Positions 49,532 to 64,000 of a stretch of 64,000 nucleotides of DNA are shown here, one piece after another. The notes beneath the pieces are model-generated. The model worked only from the letters and a program-made list of their open reading frames with translations. It made no database searches and was not told the origin of the DNA. Position 1 is the first letter of the stretch. Every line of letters begins with the position of its first letter. Both the position numbers and the translations under genes were made by a program. The stretch is from Octopus vulgaris. Taxonomy: Eukaryota. The stretch is from NCBI GenBank assembly GCA_951406725.2, contig OX597816.1, positions 9,610,001 through 9,674,000 on the forward strand, given 5' to 3'.

Positions 49532-49764
49532 TTTGAGTGAGGTCGTTGCCAGTACCGCCTGACTGGCCCTGTGCTGGTGGCACGTAAAAAGCACCCACTA
49601 CACTCTCGTAGTGGTTGGCGTTAGGAAGGGCATCCAGCTGTAGAAACTCTGCCAGATCAAGATTGGAGCCTGATTCGGCTGTCTGGTTCGCCAGCCCTCA
49701 GTCAAAATCGTCCAACCCATGCTAGCATGGAAGACAGATGTTAAACGATGATGATGATGATGAT
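49532..49764 (+). mobile_element. RTE-LINE 3' end
   Basis: gtgctggtggcacgtaaaaagcacccactacactc...(GAT)n. Confidence 0.9.
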
Positions 49765-50330
49765 TCTTGACTTATGCTCTGTTCTGAAACATACACCAGG
49801 TTAGTATTGCTATGCCTAAGTGAGTGTGTGTGTGTGTGTGTGTATATATCTCAGGCTACTGAACAGTGTGTGCCTACCAAATTCCACTCATAAAGTATTG
49901 TTAAACTCATGGCTACAGTAGCAGAAACTTGTCCAAGGTGTCACATAGAGAGATCACACTGGAACTATGTGAAGTGAGCTTCTTCCCTACACAGACACAC
50001 CCGTGCTCATATAGGCATTTTAGACTTATATAAAGTTAACAATAAATCAACACCATTTTATTTCTTTTTACCTTCAATTTCCTTAATGTGTAACCAACAT
50101 AGAATGATATAACAATTATGACAAATCATAAAGGCATTAAGTAACAGAGAAACACAAAACTGTTATTCTTCCCTTGTCTGTTGGTCAAGTGGTAATGTTT
50201 ACTGCTTTATCATTTGGCCATGCGATAGTATTATCTTGTCTCCTCAGTTTATTGGCATCAGCATCTGTACTCTCTCTCTCTCTCTCTCACTCTCTCTCAC
50301 TCTCTCTCTCACTCACTCTTTCTCTCTCAC

Positions 50331-50364
<34 letters not shown>

Positions 50365-51574
50365 GGTAGTAATGTTTATTCTTTCCTTCTGTTTCTCTCT
50401 GTGAACAACAACATATATTATTGTCAGCTTCTCTTTGTCTCTTTAACTAGGTTTCTCACTCCCATACATATTCTCTCTTTCTTTTCTCTTACACTTCTTT
50501 AACACATTCTTTTATTTATCAAGATGATGTGTATGTATATATGTATGTATGTAAGTATGTATGTGCTTATACACACACACAGGAACTATATAATTTACAA
50601 TTAAAATAAGTAGTAGCTTTATATTGAAAATAATTAAATTGTCTTTAAGCCTTGTGCTTGAAATAATTAAGTTTTCTCCTGCTTTCAATAACTTCTAATT
50701 TGAGTAACCTGTTATATTTCATATGACTGCCTTTACTTCTGATTATTAGCTAAAGGATTATGCTATAAAATTACTTTGAATTCCAGTTTACTGTGAACTA
50801 GTTGGCAATAAAATGTGTGGGGAAAACAATGCGCTGATAGGTTTTTAATCAATCACTTGTTCAATATTAGTTTAAAGATTATTGAAAATATTTATTTGCT
50901 TTCATGAACCTAAAAAAGAAAATATACATCATTTCATTAGATTCCATTTACACTCTGACAAGCATAATTTGACCTACTGAACTATAAATACCATTATTCA
51001 TTAATATAATGACCATTTTTGCTCACTAGGTTTCAGGTTTTTACTTTTGTTCTTTTTTCTCCTAGATAATTTCGATGGAATTAATTGCATAGAAAAAAAT
51101 CTAAAAAAAAGCAGAAGAAATATCAATGAATGTGATGATTGTTTGATAGAAAATTCATTAATGAATTTTTCAGCTGAAAAACGTAGAAACAAATTAGAAA
51201 GTTCTCAGTGACATAACTCCAATATTTAATGACAAAAGAGGCTTGATAGTTCTTTTATATTGGATTATAGTAATTATATTTCTTCACCGGCGTGTCCCTG
51301 TTTCATTGAAAAAGGTCCAAATTATACTAATTTAGTTTATGGCTTGTTTTACTTTATTTTAAATTTCACCCTATGCTGTAGAATACTTTTCATCCATCCT
51401 TTGTAAAACAAAGAGGCCACTGTATTAACACTGTGTTGTTTCATACCAGATCAACCCCGATCAAGCAGAACTATGACCAAAGGCATTCTAGCTGTAACTA
51501 CTCCGTGCTTTTCTTTGGTGGTGGGAGTATCTAGGATTCTTTGACTAATATATCTTAATCTGCTCCAAGATGTG

Positions 51575-51778
51575 CATGTGTCTTTGTGTCCATGTTTGTC
51601 CCTCACCACCACTTGACAACCAGTGTTGGCATGTTTACACCATTATAACATAGCAGTTTGGCAAAAGAAACTGATAGAGTAAAGTACAAGGCTTAAAAAA
51701 AAAGTATTGGGGCTGATTCATTTAACTAAATGTTCTTCAAGGTATTGTCTCAGTCTAATGACTGAAGAAAGATAAGAT
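51575..51778 (+). mobile_element. SINE family A 3' half
   Basis: tttgtccctcaccaccacttgacaaccagtgttgg...cagtctaatgactgaag. Confidence 0.75.
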
Positions 51779-51805
51779 ATATATACATATACACATACAT
51801 ACATA

Positions 51806-51855
<50 letters not shown>

Positions 51856-51856
<1 letters not shown>

Positions 51857-52042
51857 ATTCAACAAAAAAATCAAAAGATGAAGACAGGTGGTGTAGACAA
51901 CAAACAGATGTATTAGTATAACACTCGGGAAGTGAAAAAGTTTTTAACGTTTTGAGCCTACGCTCTTCCACAGAAAGGAACACAGAAAGAAACAAGGAGA
52001 GAAAATGAAGAATGTGTAGTGACTAGTGATCTATTATGGCAT
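51856..52042 (-). mobile_element. Short hammerhead-bearing element (motif 51942-51977), same family as 17168-17440
   Basis: Minus strand: cuuu-CUGUGGA-a-gagc/guag/gcuc-AAAAC-GUU-aaaa; bounded by (TA)(GA) and (CA) arrays. Confidence 0.65.
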
Positions 52043-52559
52043 CCACACACACATGCACGTGCATGAACACACACACACACACAAACACATATATATCCAG
52101 TAAATTCATTGATTTTTTTAAGCAGCAGGGTGAAGTTTGAGGGAGATTAGGTTGGTGTTTTTAAGAAATCCCTCCTAATCAATTCACAAAAACAATGAAG
52201 GAAAACTACATACAAACAAATAACACTATAAGCAATCTAATTAATGTCAAACACCATACTTGGTTGCACAATACAGATGACAAATACAGAGATGCAGTAG
52301 AAACAGTTCTCCTGTTTAGAATGAATTTAATACGACCACATCTGTGGCTACCATCAGATTGAACAGACAGGCAAAAATAGTCTGAAGAGGTATGACACTA
52401 TCCAGTGCTACTGTTCTGTGGGTCACACCTTGTTGTTGAATTAACTGACTACTTGCATATCAACTGAAGGAACTATGTTTTTGATGACTTTTTTCAAAAT
52501 TGAAACTTGTATTATTATTGAATGTTGTAAGGATCTTCTTATTTATCATTATCATTCAA

Positions 52560-52979
52560 CCCCCTTTGCTTGCGAAGACATGTTGGGGCAAGTGAAATCG
52601 AAATTGAACCAATCCTATGACTGGCACCCGGCAGATGCCAGGACCCCTGGACTGGTGGTACGTAAAAAGCACTATCCGAATCGTGGCCGATGCCAGCGCC
52701 ACCTTGACTGGCTTCTGTGCCGGTGGCACATAAATTGCACCAATCCGATCGTGGCCATTGCCAGCCTCGCCTGGCACCTGTGCGGGTGGCATGTAAAAAG
52801 CACCCACTACACTCACGGAGTGGTTGGCGTTAGGAAGGGCATCCAGCTGTAGAAACATTGCCAGATAAGACTGGAGCCTGGTGCAGCCTTCTGGCTTCCC
52901 AGATCCCCGGTCGAATCGTCCAGCCCATGCTAGCATGGAGAACGGACGTTAAACGATGATGATGATGATGATGATGATG
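52560..52979 (+). mobile_element. RTE-LINE 3' UTR copy with 9-bp TSD
   Basis: atcattcaa at 52551-52559 and 52980-52988; three diverged ~60-bp units; (GAT)n tail. Confidence 0.92.
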
Positions 52980-53666
52980 ATCATTCAATTGTCATGAAAA
53001 GAAATGGCATCAATGAAAGTATGCCATTGACAAAAAGGCTCTGACAAACCAAGTGATTGAATTGATACCTTAATATCTAAATTTTAGATCTTTCTTATTT
53101 GGATTGTGTGAAAATGATTAAGGCTAAGGATTACATGTACATATTTACTACTTTAGATTCTGTATATATTCTAAGTTATATGCTATATAATCTAATTTTT
53201 TATTGTATAAGGAATGCCCAGATACTTATAACAGTATTTTATCACTAATATTAAGATATGTCTTACAAATGTATGTGATATGGTGTTATCAATGATTTAA
53301 CATTTTATTGTTATAAATATTGATATTTGACTGATTGATCTTTGATTTCAAAAGAAAGGTTCCATTTTACAGGAAATATATACTTTCCTTTATTTTCTTA
53401 TTCTTTACTTAAGCTTATTAATGGCAACTTGGAATTAAGCAGGATGACAAAAAAAAGAAGGCACTTCTTGACTGTGCTGCATTTCTCTACCAATATCAGG
53501 ACATTGTATTTCCACAAGACCTGCTTTCTGCTATATTAGATAATTGATATCTTCAACCTATTGTCCAAATGGACAATAGGCCAGATTTTTCTTGAGGTGA
53601 CCAGCTGTAATTCATTGACTGCATTTTCCAAAAATAGTACTGCATTCATGCCATATATTTAAATTT

Positions 53667-54082
53667 GCAAGTGGCTGTGTGGTAAGACGTTTGCTTCCCA
53701 ACCACATGGTTCTGGGTTCAGTGCCACTGTGTGGCACTTTGGGCAAGTATGCGTATTCTACTATAGCCTCAGGTCAACCAAAGTCTTTTGTGTAGATTTG
53801 GTAGACAGAAACTGAAAGAAGCCTGTCATATATTATATATATGTGTGTGTGTATATGTGTGTGTGTGTCTATTTGTGTCTGTCCCTTACTACCACTTGAC
53901 AACTGGAATTGGTATATTTACCTCCCCATAACTTAGCAGTTTGCCAAAAGAGACTGATATAATTAGTACCAGGCTTAAAAATAGAAATAAGTACTGCAGT
54001 TGATTTATTTGATTAAAAATTCTTCAAGGTGGTGCCCCAGCATGGCAACAGTCTAATGGTTGAAACAGGTAAAAGATTAAAG

Positions 54083-54083
<1 letters not shown>
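53667..54083 (+). mobile_element. tRNA-derived SINE family A
   Basis: Colinear with 21211-21616. Confidence 0.9.
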
Positions 54084-54127
<44 letters not shown>

Positions 54128-54147
54128 GTATATGATATTAAAGCCTG

Positions 54148-54242
<95 letters not shown>

Positions 54243-54280
54243 TAAATGAAAGAATGGAGTCGAACGACGATTTAACAAAA

Positions 54281-54379
54281 TTCCTTTATTCTCGACACAT
54301 GTTTCGAAGACTGCATATTCTTAATTCCGAAAGAATAACGGGTGCATTATGCCGTCTTCTCATCAGGAAAGATAAGGAA
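54281..54379 (-). ncRNA. Type I hammerhead ribozyme, canonical core
   Basis: Stem I uuccuuaucuuuc/gagaauaaaggaa; CUGAUGA 54366-54360; stem II gaagac/gucuuc with extensions gcau/augc and uauucuu/aagaaua; GAAAC 54305-54301; AUGU; GUC 54296-54294. Sits in a 141-bp island between two (TA)n tracts. Confidence 0.85.
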
Positions 54380-54380
54380 C

Positions 54381-55377
<997 letters not shown>

Positions 55378-56236
55378 GGAGTAAACACATAAATGTGAAA
55401 CAAGGTGGAAAAAAGAGTACTCAAATACCAGTGGTAGAGTAATATGCTTTATTTAAAGCAGCAGAAAATTGAATTTTCTGAAATATATTTATATATATAT
55501 ATATATATACACTATAAGCTTTTTCTTCAGATTCCCTCTTATGAAACCCACTCACTAGGTGCAGCAAGAGACTACTCTATAGAACAAATAAACCAAATGC
55601 CTAAAAATATTCCTTTCAAAAACATTTTTGACTTTGTCTTGATAAAAAAAAAAAAATGAAAATTGCCCTCCTAAGCCAACATCATTGAAAAACTACCTTG
55701 GATAGCATTTGATTAGAGTATGACAATAGATCAGCTAGCAAATTTACCAGAGACATTTGTTGGCAAATGCAAAGAGACCTACACAATATAAATTATCTTG
55801 TAAAATTTTGATATTTTCTTCCACCTTGGACTAACAGACATTAAAGTACAAACAATTGGCTGACTGCCAAGAAATGTTAAATGGCAGCAGTTTGAAAAGT
55901 TAAAAAGCAAAAGAAACATTCAGAAAAGCCAGACATGTTCTTATTCAACCAAACATTTGAGAACTTTATCTGGAAGATGTAGACTGCAATTGATTTTACT
56001 TTTCTTTATCATGCTGTTATTGGTTATTCCTCTCAAATATGTTGTTATTTTGTTTCAGTAAAATTTCAGTGGCTTTTATTGTTTAAATTGTTGATGATGT
56101 TATTAGCATGGTGCATTATATAGATTTTTTATTTCCTATTTTAGCATTAAAACATTGAAGTTCTCAAATGCAAAACCAATATTTCTTTACCTGAATTTTT
56201 AATTACGGAATGGGTAATGTAATGAAATGTGTGTAG

Positions 56237-56282
<46 letters not shown>

Positions 56283-56309
56283 CAAACAAAAGTATTATTG
56301 ATAGTAACT

Positions 56310-56468
56310 TAAGACATCATCAAGCGATGGTTTAACTGGCTGGAACTTTGAAGTCAATGTCAATAATATTATTGTTTAAGAATAAATTTGTACTCTACAA
56401 CAGTATAGAGTAACCCATCAAATAAATGCAAAATTGTTTTTATTATAACTAACATAAAAACAAATATT
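56310..56468 (+). mobile_element. Degenerate copy of the 7046-7198 element
   Basis: gatggtttaactggctggaactttgaagtc...tttaagaataaattt...tagagtaaccc...attataact.acataaaaacaaa. Confidence 0.7.
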
Positions 56469-59400
56469 GACATGTGTGTGCTTTTCTGTTATGAATATAT
56501 GTAAATCATTCTAAGTTGGAAGTTCATTGGACATAGCCCACGGGGAAAGTATAAGGAAAATAGTTCAGATTAAGAAGGTTGATAAAATGTTATAAAAGGA
56601 AGTTAGTTTGATGAAAAGGGAAGGGTATTCTATAGAGAGATAAGGAATGAAATGTGTATAATATCTTAGAGTGATTAATTCCGAACGAGTAATAAAAAAA
56701 GAGTAATACAAATGCAATATACAGAGAGTAGTTTCATTTGAAACAGAATGTATGACAAGTCCTAAAGGCAGCACTTGCTGTAAAAAACTGTTTAAAGAAA
56801 CAGAGATATAATACAAGCCTCCCCCACAAAAAAAACCAAAAAAAAAACCATATCAATGAGAAAGTCTGAATCAATCTAGCCAAATGATTTTTCCAAATGT
56901 GATCCCAGATAGTAATTGAATAATAGAAGGATAATAACTTATTATTATTATTATTATTATTTCTTTTGACAAACATCTGCTGTGGTTTACAGAAATGATA
57001 CTAATTTTTACTTTATGCAGTGTTAAGTGGATGAGGAAAATCTCTCTCTCTCTCTCCCACTCTCTCTTCTCCTCTGAACATTGCAGGTAAGTTATTTCTA
57101 CTGGAAGAACTGAACTCAGCACTTACAATTAATGAACCAATAATCAATTTTATAGTACAAGAGCTGATTAGATTTATGAAATATATCACCCTGGGGTAAT
57201 TACTTAAAATTAAGTAGATCTTCTTCCCTCTGGGATATATGTATCTTGGCAATAAACACAAAGAAGTGTTGATGAGAAGACATGAACTACTGACTTCTTG
57301 GCTGATTGTTCAATATACTGATTGGGTCATATATCTCTGCATAGCTTATTATTCCACACAGGAACTCAGTGGAGTGTATTTATGTAATATATTTTGCTAT
57401 TATAAAGTTTCAGTACTTTCACCCTGAAGGTATAAAGCTTTGATGCAGTTTTAGAAATGACAGAAAAATATAAGTTCTCTCAATGAACAAATGAATCAAA
57501 GATAGATTGAAGAATTAATAAAAAATGGAGTTGGAAGGAATATGAACCAAATCAGTATAGAATTCAATCTTTTACTTGATGGAAAAGTGGCAAAAAAAAT
57601 GTTTTGTAGGCATATTTCAATACTCAGAAGATCTGTTACATTTATTGTGCAAGTGTGTGTTAGTAGCTGTGTCTATATGAAAATCATTTTATTTCATTAT
57701 TCTGAGAAAACAAAAATAACTTTTCTGATTTTCCGCATCAGATAAAAATGCATAAATGACTATTTAAAGTAACTGCAACAATGAATAGGTTAATGTGAAA
57801 GCTCAGGCTAGGATATCAAGAATATGAATTGACAGTTTAGTCAGTCAGACTGTTTTAATCTTCTCCGTCACATCTCTGCCACTAAATGTTGTTCTGTTAA
57901 TACACAGAATTCCGAGTAATTTCAAAGAAAAAGCCACAAATAATTGGCCATGACAATTGATAATGGACATTTCCTTTATTCAGTAACAACACACAGACTC
58001 TATTCAGTAGGAATCTAAATGTGTCATTTGGTTCAGTATACAGCCACTGAGCCAGACAGAATCAGATTTACTTGTCAAATCTTTTAACTGGTCAGTTATA
58101 CTGACCATTTATATTGGAGATATAATAGTTTGATATAATCTACATTAAATACTTCTCTCTATATTAAGCATTTCTTTTTTACAGTTTAATTAGGAAAGTT
58201 TCTCTCCATTACAATGTTGTGTGAATTCTAAACTGAAATTTTATGCTTTGCATGTTTTTATGAAAAAATAACGTTCAAAAGTTAAATTTATTTTCTGACA
58301 TTACTTTGAACAAGATAACAATATTTTGAATATCATTTACCGGAATATTTCAAAACAACATATCCTATAATGTTTTATTGCAAAGAAATAATGTTTATTT
58401 CCACTTTTTACTCTAAAGATATCTGAAGTATTGATTATGTAAACTGTCTGTCTCAAAATTGCTCATATAGATAAAAACCAAGGATGTTATGAAAATAATG
58501 ATGACTAGTGTTTGTAATAATGCAAATGATAAGATCTAAAGTATCTGCAAAATTTCATGGCACTTACCCAAAATGTATCTTCTTAGGTTTCAAAGAAAAA
58601 AAAAAACCAAATCAACATTATCACTTATAATGATCCTGATGTTTTTATATATATATATATATATTTATGAATCTAAATTTATCTTTTTTTTTTTGTTTAC
58701 ATTGCAATTCAGCATCTCTTTAGATTGCTCTATTTTCAATATCAACACTTTTTGGTTAGAAACAAACATTTTCCCAATTTAAAGTATGTGCTTAAGTTGT
58801 TTTATTTATATCTATTTCTTCTTTTTGTCATTATCAACATTACAGAAATAATTATACAAAAGAAGTAATAGAAGAATATTAAAGTGAATTTTTAAAGAAA
58901 AGGTGTTATGAATCAGCAATTTTTTTTCACTGTTCTAACTTTTAAAAGAAAAGCACAAAACTGATCTGGTTTCAGCTTCTTTACTTCAGCACATCAACAA
59001 TGAAGCCATCAAATTTAATGTACCTGCCTCATTTTAGGTAACTTTGTTTTTAATGGAATATTTAAGTGAATTACTTTAAGAGATTAGCTAAGGAAATAAA
59101 CTCAGTGTTGTTGATGCTAAAAAAAAAAAAGAATATTCCATATCATCAAAACCCTTTCAGTTTGAAATAAATTCTATAACTCTGAAAACTTCATTGTTAT
59201 TAAAGAACATTAATAACAAAACTGTATCTCTAAAAGTGTTTGGCATCAAAATATCCAAATATTCAAATAACTTCATTAGCAAATATTCCTACATTGCTGA
59301 GGTAAACTTCAAAAGAAATAATGATTTGATTTTGATATGGATTTCTTCTTTGAATTACATTTTTTCCTAATATTGCAGATATTCATATATAATATACACT

Positions 59401-60090
59401 CATATATAATGCACTCACCTAATTATGATCAATGAAATCTTGGAAAGAACATCTCACATGTATAATACACACTGACTTTTCTTTAGTATTACATTGTGTG
59501 AAAAAAGAAGTGATTAACTCAATTTATTATAGCTGCTGTATAAAGTACATTTGAAAATGTTCATACATCCGAAACAAACAAAAATTACATTAAAAAACAT
59601 CTATGCCATTTACTAGCATAGGCCGGTAAAAATGCAACTGTTGTAAAGTTACCATTGTAGAAATCATATCACTATGTTTTGTTTTTTCTAAAAACCAATT
59701 TAACTTAAATAATGACACTGTATAAACTTAGTTAATTAAGTTTATACTCAACTTTACAATTTAGTTTGTATAGTGATGCACATATGATTGTGTTGTCACA
59801 AAAGAATAAAGTATTTATCATTTAAGCCAGGATTTTTAAAACATTTCACATATTTTTAAAATGGTTTTTTGATTTTTATAATTTGAAATCTAGGTTTTCA
59901 AGATATGGCAATTATAGTTTTTATTTTTTTAATCAAAAGAAAACTTATAAGAATCTTAATAAATTAAAACGCACATTTTAAACTTTCAGAAAATGAAGTG
60001 ATTTTTTAAAACCACTCTGTCCAGGGTTTTGTTTGGAATTTTGTGGAACATGAAATCGATAAAAAAATCAATGGAAATTGTAGTTGTTAT

Positions 60091-60404
60091 ACCAGTGCCA
60101 GTGGCACGTAAAAAGCACTATCCAAACATGGCTGTTGCCAGCATCGCCTTGACTGGCTTCCGTGCCGGTGGCACGTAAAAAGCACCAACCGATCGTGGCC
60201 ATTGCCAGCCGCGCCTGGCACATAAAAAGCACCCACTACACTCATGGAGTGGTTGGCATTAGGAAGGGCATCCAGCTGTAGAAACACTGCCAGATCAGAC
60301 TGGAGCCCGGTGCAGCCTCCTGGCTTCCCAGACTCTGGTTGAACTGTCCAACCGATGCTAGCATGGAAAACGGACGCTAAATGATGATGATGATGATGAT
60401 GATG
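60091..60404 (+). mobile_element. RTE-LINE 3' UTR copy
   Basis: Three partial ~60-bp units, shared 3' end, (GAT)n tail. Confidence 0.9.
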
Positions 60405-60659
60405 AATTATGCCAACATCATGCACATTTTGAATCTATATATACTACAAATTTCTGTCTCAGTCGAAACAAAAGAATGATATTTCATTTCTCTCAGTGTG
60501 AATTTTATTTTCTGATTATTTCAGAGTTACAATTTTGAAAAGAATTTTACTTCATTTAACCAGATATCAGTCATTGTAACCTTCAATGTTTGCACTTATG
60601 TGTAGTAACTACCATATATATTAGCAGTACTAGCAATTTCAAATTTAAATGTTTAATAT

Positions 60660-61069
60660 GGTGGCTGTGTGACTAAGAACCTTGCTTCCCAACCACATAA
60701 TTTCGAGTTCAAGATGCTTTGTGTGTGTGTGTGTGAGTTTCTATTTTCTTCTCTACCCATGTGCTCATCTGCTGCTTGTAAACAATGGGTTTGTCAATCT
60801 TGTCATTTGCTTGCAGTCCACTGCAAAAGCATGACCAGTCTTCTTGACATATCTTGATGTGTGATCTTTGCAAACAAAAGGTTCATTTATTCGATGTCAT
60901 ATGTTTCCAGTTCTCCATGGAAACATCTCCAGACTGCTTGCTGTTCAGTACATTAGAAAGTTGATATCTCACTTAGAAGCAAATAGGGATCTGTGACAGA
61001 AAACTCTGCTCCAACATATTCACATCTGATCTTAAAATGATAATGATGATGATGATAATGATGATGATG
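60660..61069 (+). mobile_element. Degenerate SINE family B
   Basis: Head gtggctgtgtgactaagaaccttgcttcccaaccac; middle and (GAT)n tail like 27224-27690. Confidence 0.65.
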
Positions 61070-61249
61070 CTTTATATGCTACCTTATGTAACTCTTTACT
61101 GACAACACTAATAACTATTTGCTGTGTTTCTTCTATTTTTTTCTAATTCTAACAAAGATACTTTCTCCACAAATATTTCCTGAACTTCTTATGTACAAAA
61201 TCTGTTAAAAAATACAATTGACAAAAAGTCTAGCAAGCCATATCTTTCA

Positions 61250-61655
61250 TCTTTTATCTTGTAACAGTTTCTGTCATTAGACTGCAGCCATGTTGAGTTA
61301 CTACTTTAAAGAATTTTTAGTCAAATGAATTGATCCCAGTACTTATTTTTTTTAAGCCTTGTACTTATTCTATTGACCTTTTTTGCCAAACTGCTAACTT
61401 ATAGGGATGTAAACACACCAACAACAGTTGTCAAGTAGTGGTCATGGATAAAATGACACAAAGCTACATACACACACACACACACACACAGTGGGCTTCT
61501 TTCAGTTTCCATCTTCTAATTCTACTCACAAGGTTTTGGTTGGCCTTGGGCTGACCAAAGTAGAAGACACTTGCCCAAAGTGCCATACAGTGGGACTGAA
61601 CCTAGAACTATGTATTCAGGAAGCAAACTTCTTAAAACAGAGTCATACCTGTGCT
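61250..61655 (-). mobile_element. tRNA-derived SINE family A
   Basis: Reverse complement colinear with 21211-21616. Confidence 0.88.
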
Positions 61656-61969
61656 TATATGAGCAGTTCATATAAATTTTGTCGATAATATTTTTAATTT
61701 CCTTTTTAATGATAATTTTTCATTTGTGAGATGGATCTCTAGTATGCTATGTCATCTTTCTTCTGTAGATTTTATCATTGCATTTACAGGCCCTAGAAAT
61801 CCTCCAATGCACTCCATGGGAGTCCCTACTTTCAGTGCTTCTAGAAAATCTTACTTCTTGGTTCCATATTAATTTGCGAGAGTTCTAGAATTTATTGTAG
61901 TGAGTTCTTACTGATTATTTGTGTGTTGGATCAAGACACTTTATTGACAATACTGGAATTTTGTATTTT

Positions 61970-62110
61970 CTGTTCTTTGGTTATTACAATATTATATTTC
62001 AGATCTTTTGACTGTTAGTCCATCTTTCAAATTTCAAAGATTTTCTTGAGAACTTCAAAAAAATTCTCCAAGATAAACTAGGTCATCAGCCTCTGAGAGT
62101 TCTCAACGAT
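61970..62110 (-). pseudogene. Highly decayed reverse transcriptase remnant (RTE-like YADD region)
   Basis: Minus strand ELSEADDLVYLGE...KKIFEI(W)KDGL(Q)SKDLKYNIVITK, with small frameshifts, resembles ELLYADDLVL...WKDGLESKGLKVNxxKTK. Confidence 0.5.
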
Positions 62111-62389
62111 AAAATATTTCCTCTTCTTTTCTTCTTTGTCATCCTATAAAACAACTTAGCATGATACTTGTTTACAAAGAATTTATTACCAAGACTGCAT
62201 CTATTGAGTCAATGAAATAAAAGCTATAGTAGAAAAAGAATTGAGATTTCTAATGATAATGTCGATTAGAACAAGAAACTGTGATGGAAAATATATTAAA
62301 TAGTAAATATATCTGAAGTGAGAATCAGAATTTAGAAGGAAGTAACAATTGTAGTCTATTAAATATCAGAAACACTGGTAGATATATTT

Positions 62390-62543
62390 AGATGGACAGA
62401 CAGACAGATATATGGATAGATAGACAGATAGATAGATAGACAGAGATAGAGAGAGAGTGAGAAAAAGAGTAAAGGAGGGAAAGAAATAAGAGCAGTATTA
62501 CAGTATGATGATAGATAGACAGACAGATAGATAGATAAGATAG

Positions 62544-62574
<31 letters not shown>

Positions 62575-62663
62575 GATAGATAGATAGATAGGCAGGTAGG
62601 ATTGGTGGGTGGATGGATGGATGGATGGATGGATAGATAGGTAGGTAGGTAGGTAGGTAGATT

Positions 62664-62716
<53 letters not shown>

Positions 62717-62733
62717 GTAGGTAGAGAGGTAGG

Positions 62734-62787
<54 letters not shown>
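62390..62787. repeat. Compound (GACA)/(GATA)/(GGAT)/(GGTA)/(GA) microsatellite
   Basis: Directly visible. Confidence 0.95.
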
Positions 62788-62790
<3 letters not shown>

Positions 62791-63091
62791 CAGTATGAAA
62801 ATAAATAGGGGAGAGATAGAGAAAGAAAAGAGAAGAAGCAGTATGAAAGTGGGTTGGGGAAAATATAGTTAAGAAAAGAAAAAAAATAGTTAATCATGAA
62901 GTAGTAATATATAATGTAATAGGTGGGTTGTTAAATGAATCTAGAGATCGACTGCAGAGAGAAGTTAGCAGAGTCATTAGCTCACTTGAATTACTAATTC
63001 TCTGCTGGAAACGAAGAGAGGAAGTTTGTTCATCTATGATGTCAGAAGGATTCAGTTTGAAGCATTAAGCAGCAGCTGAAGTATAAGCAAC

Positions 63092-63425
<334 letters not shown>

Positions 63426-64000
63426 AAAGTTTTCAATATGTAAAAACTGGAAAAAAAGTTCATTTAAAAATAAATACAACTGTCGTTGCTACCACAGCTA
63501 CTGTTATTTTATAAGTTCTTTTTTCTTTTTTTTTTTTATTCTCATTCTGGCATGGGTTAGGTAAGTATTGTAATGTCTCACCACCCGCTGTGGTCCTTCA
63601 TCATCTGGAAGACACAACAGCAGAGAAACATCTGCTAACTTTGTTATTGTATATTTCACTATTTTTGGTATAGTTTCCATGGATATCCCCACCACCACCA
63701 CCACCACCACCATCACCATTCATCACAAATTACTTGACAGAGTAGACTGGATGCGTTTTATCGTCTATCATTTTCTTCCATTCATTCCTTCCTGATGGGT
63801 ATGGATTTTACAGCTGGATACCTTTCCTACAAGAAAGCTTTACATCATGAGCTGGGTACAGATAAATATAATTGTGCTACCAGTCCTGAAGATGTTGCCA
63901 ACAAGACTAAATCTTCCTGCCAATGAGCTTCACTTATCTCTCATTTCTTAGATTGGAAGCTTCCTATCTGATCACACCATTACAACATATGTTGATAGAG

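Overview
This is AT-rich, repeat-dense eukaryotic non-coding DNA (long intron or intergenic). Its SINE/LINE families and very dense (TA)n/(CA)n/(CATA)n/(GATA)n microsatellites suggest an Octopus (coleoid cephalopod) genome; that is my inference from family recognition, not a search. No intact host protein-coding gene is visible, and nearly all listed ORFs are microsatellite or repeat artefacts. The window holds: many 5'-truncated RTE-LINE 3' ends; several tRNA-derived SINE families; decayed RTE, R4/Dong-like and Tx1-like LINE fragments; a full-length decayed mariner; a deleted DD37D (maT-like) element; pogo/Tc1 and TTAA (piggyBac-like) MITEs; and a non-autonomous Helitron. The main hidden signal is about ten minimal type I hammerhead ribozyme motifs from several unrelated short elements, mostly lodged at TA/CA microsatellites. 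They include a fully canonical one (54281-54379, minus strand) and a 162-bp fold-back carrying a hammerhead on each strand (44124-44285), pointing to Penelope-like/retrozyme-type elements. Other highlights: a textbook recursive-splice (AG|GTAAGT) site with a 56-nt cryptic exon on the minus strand (26688-26776), a candidate CAAX-encoding terminal exon (2885-2932), and a gap-free inverted insertion with a 22-bp duplication (46197-46788). Coordinates of degenerate repeat ends are approximate and all alignments were done by eye.
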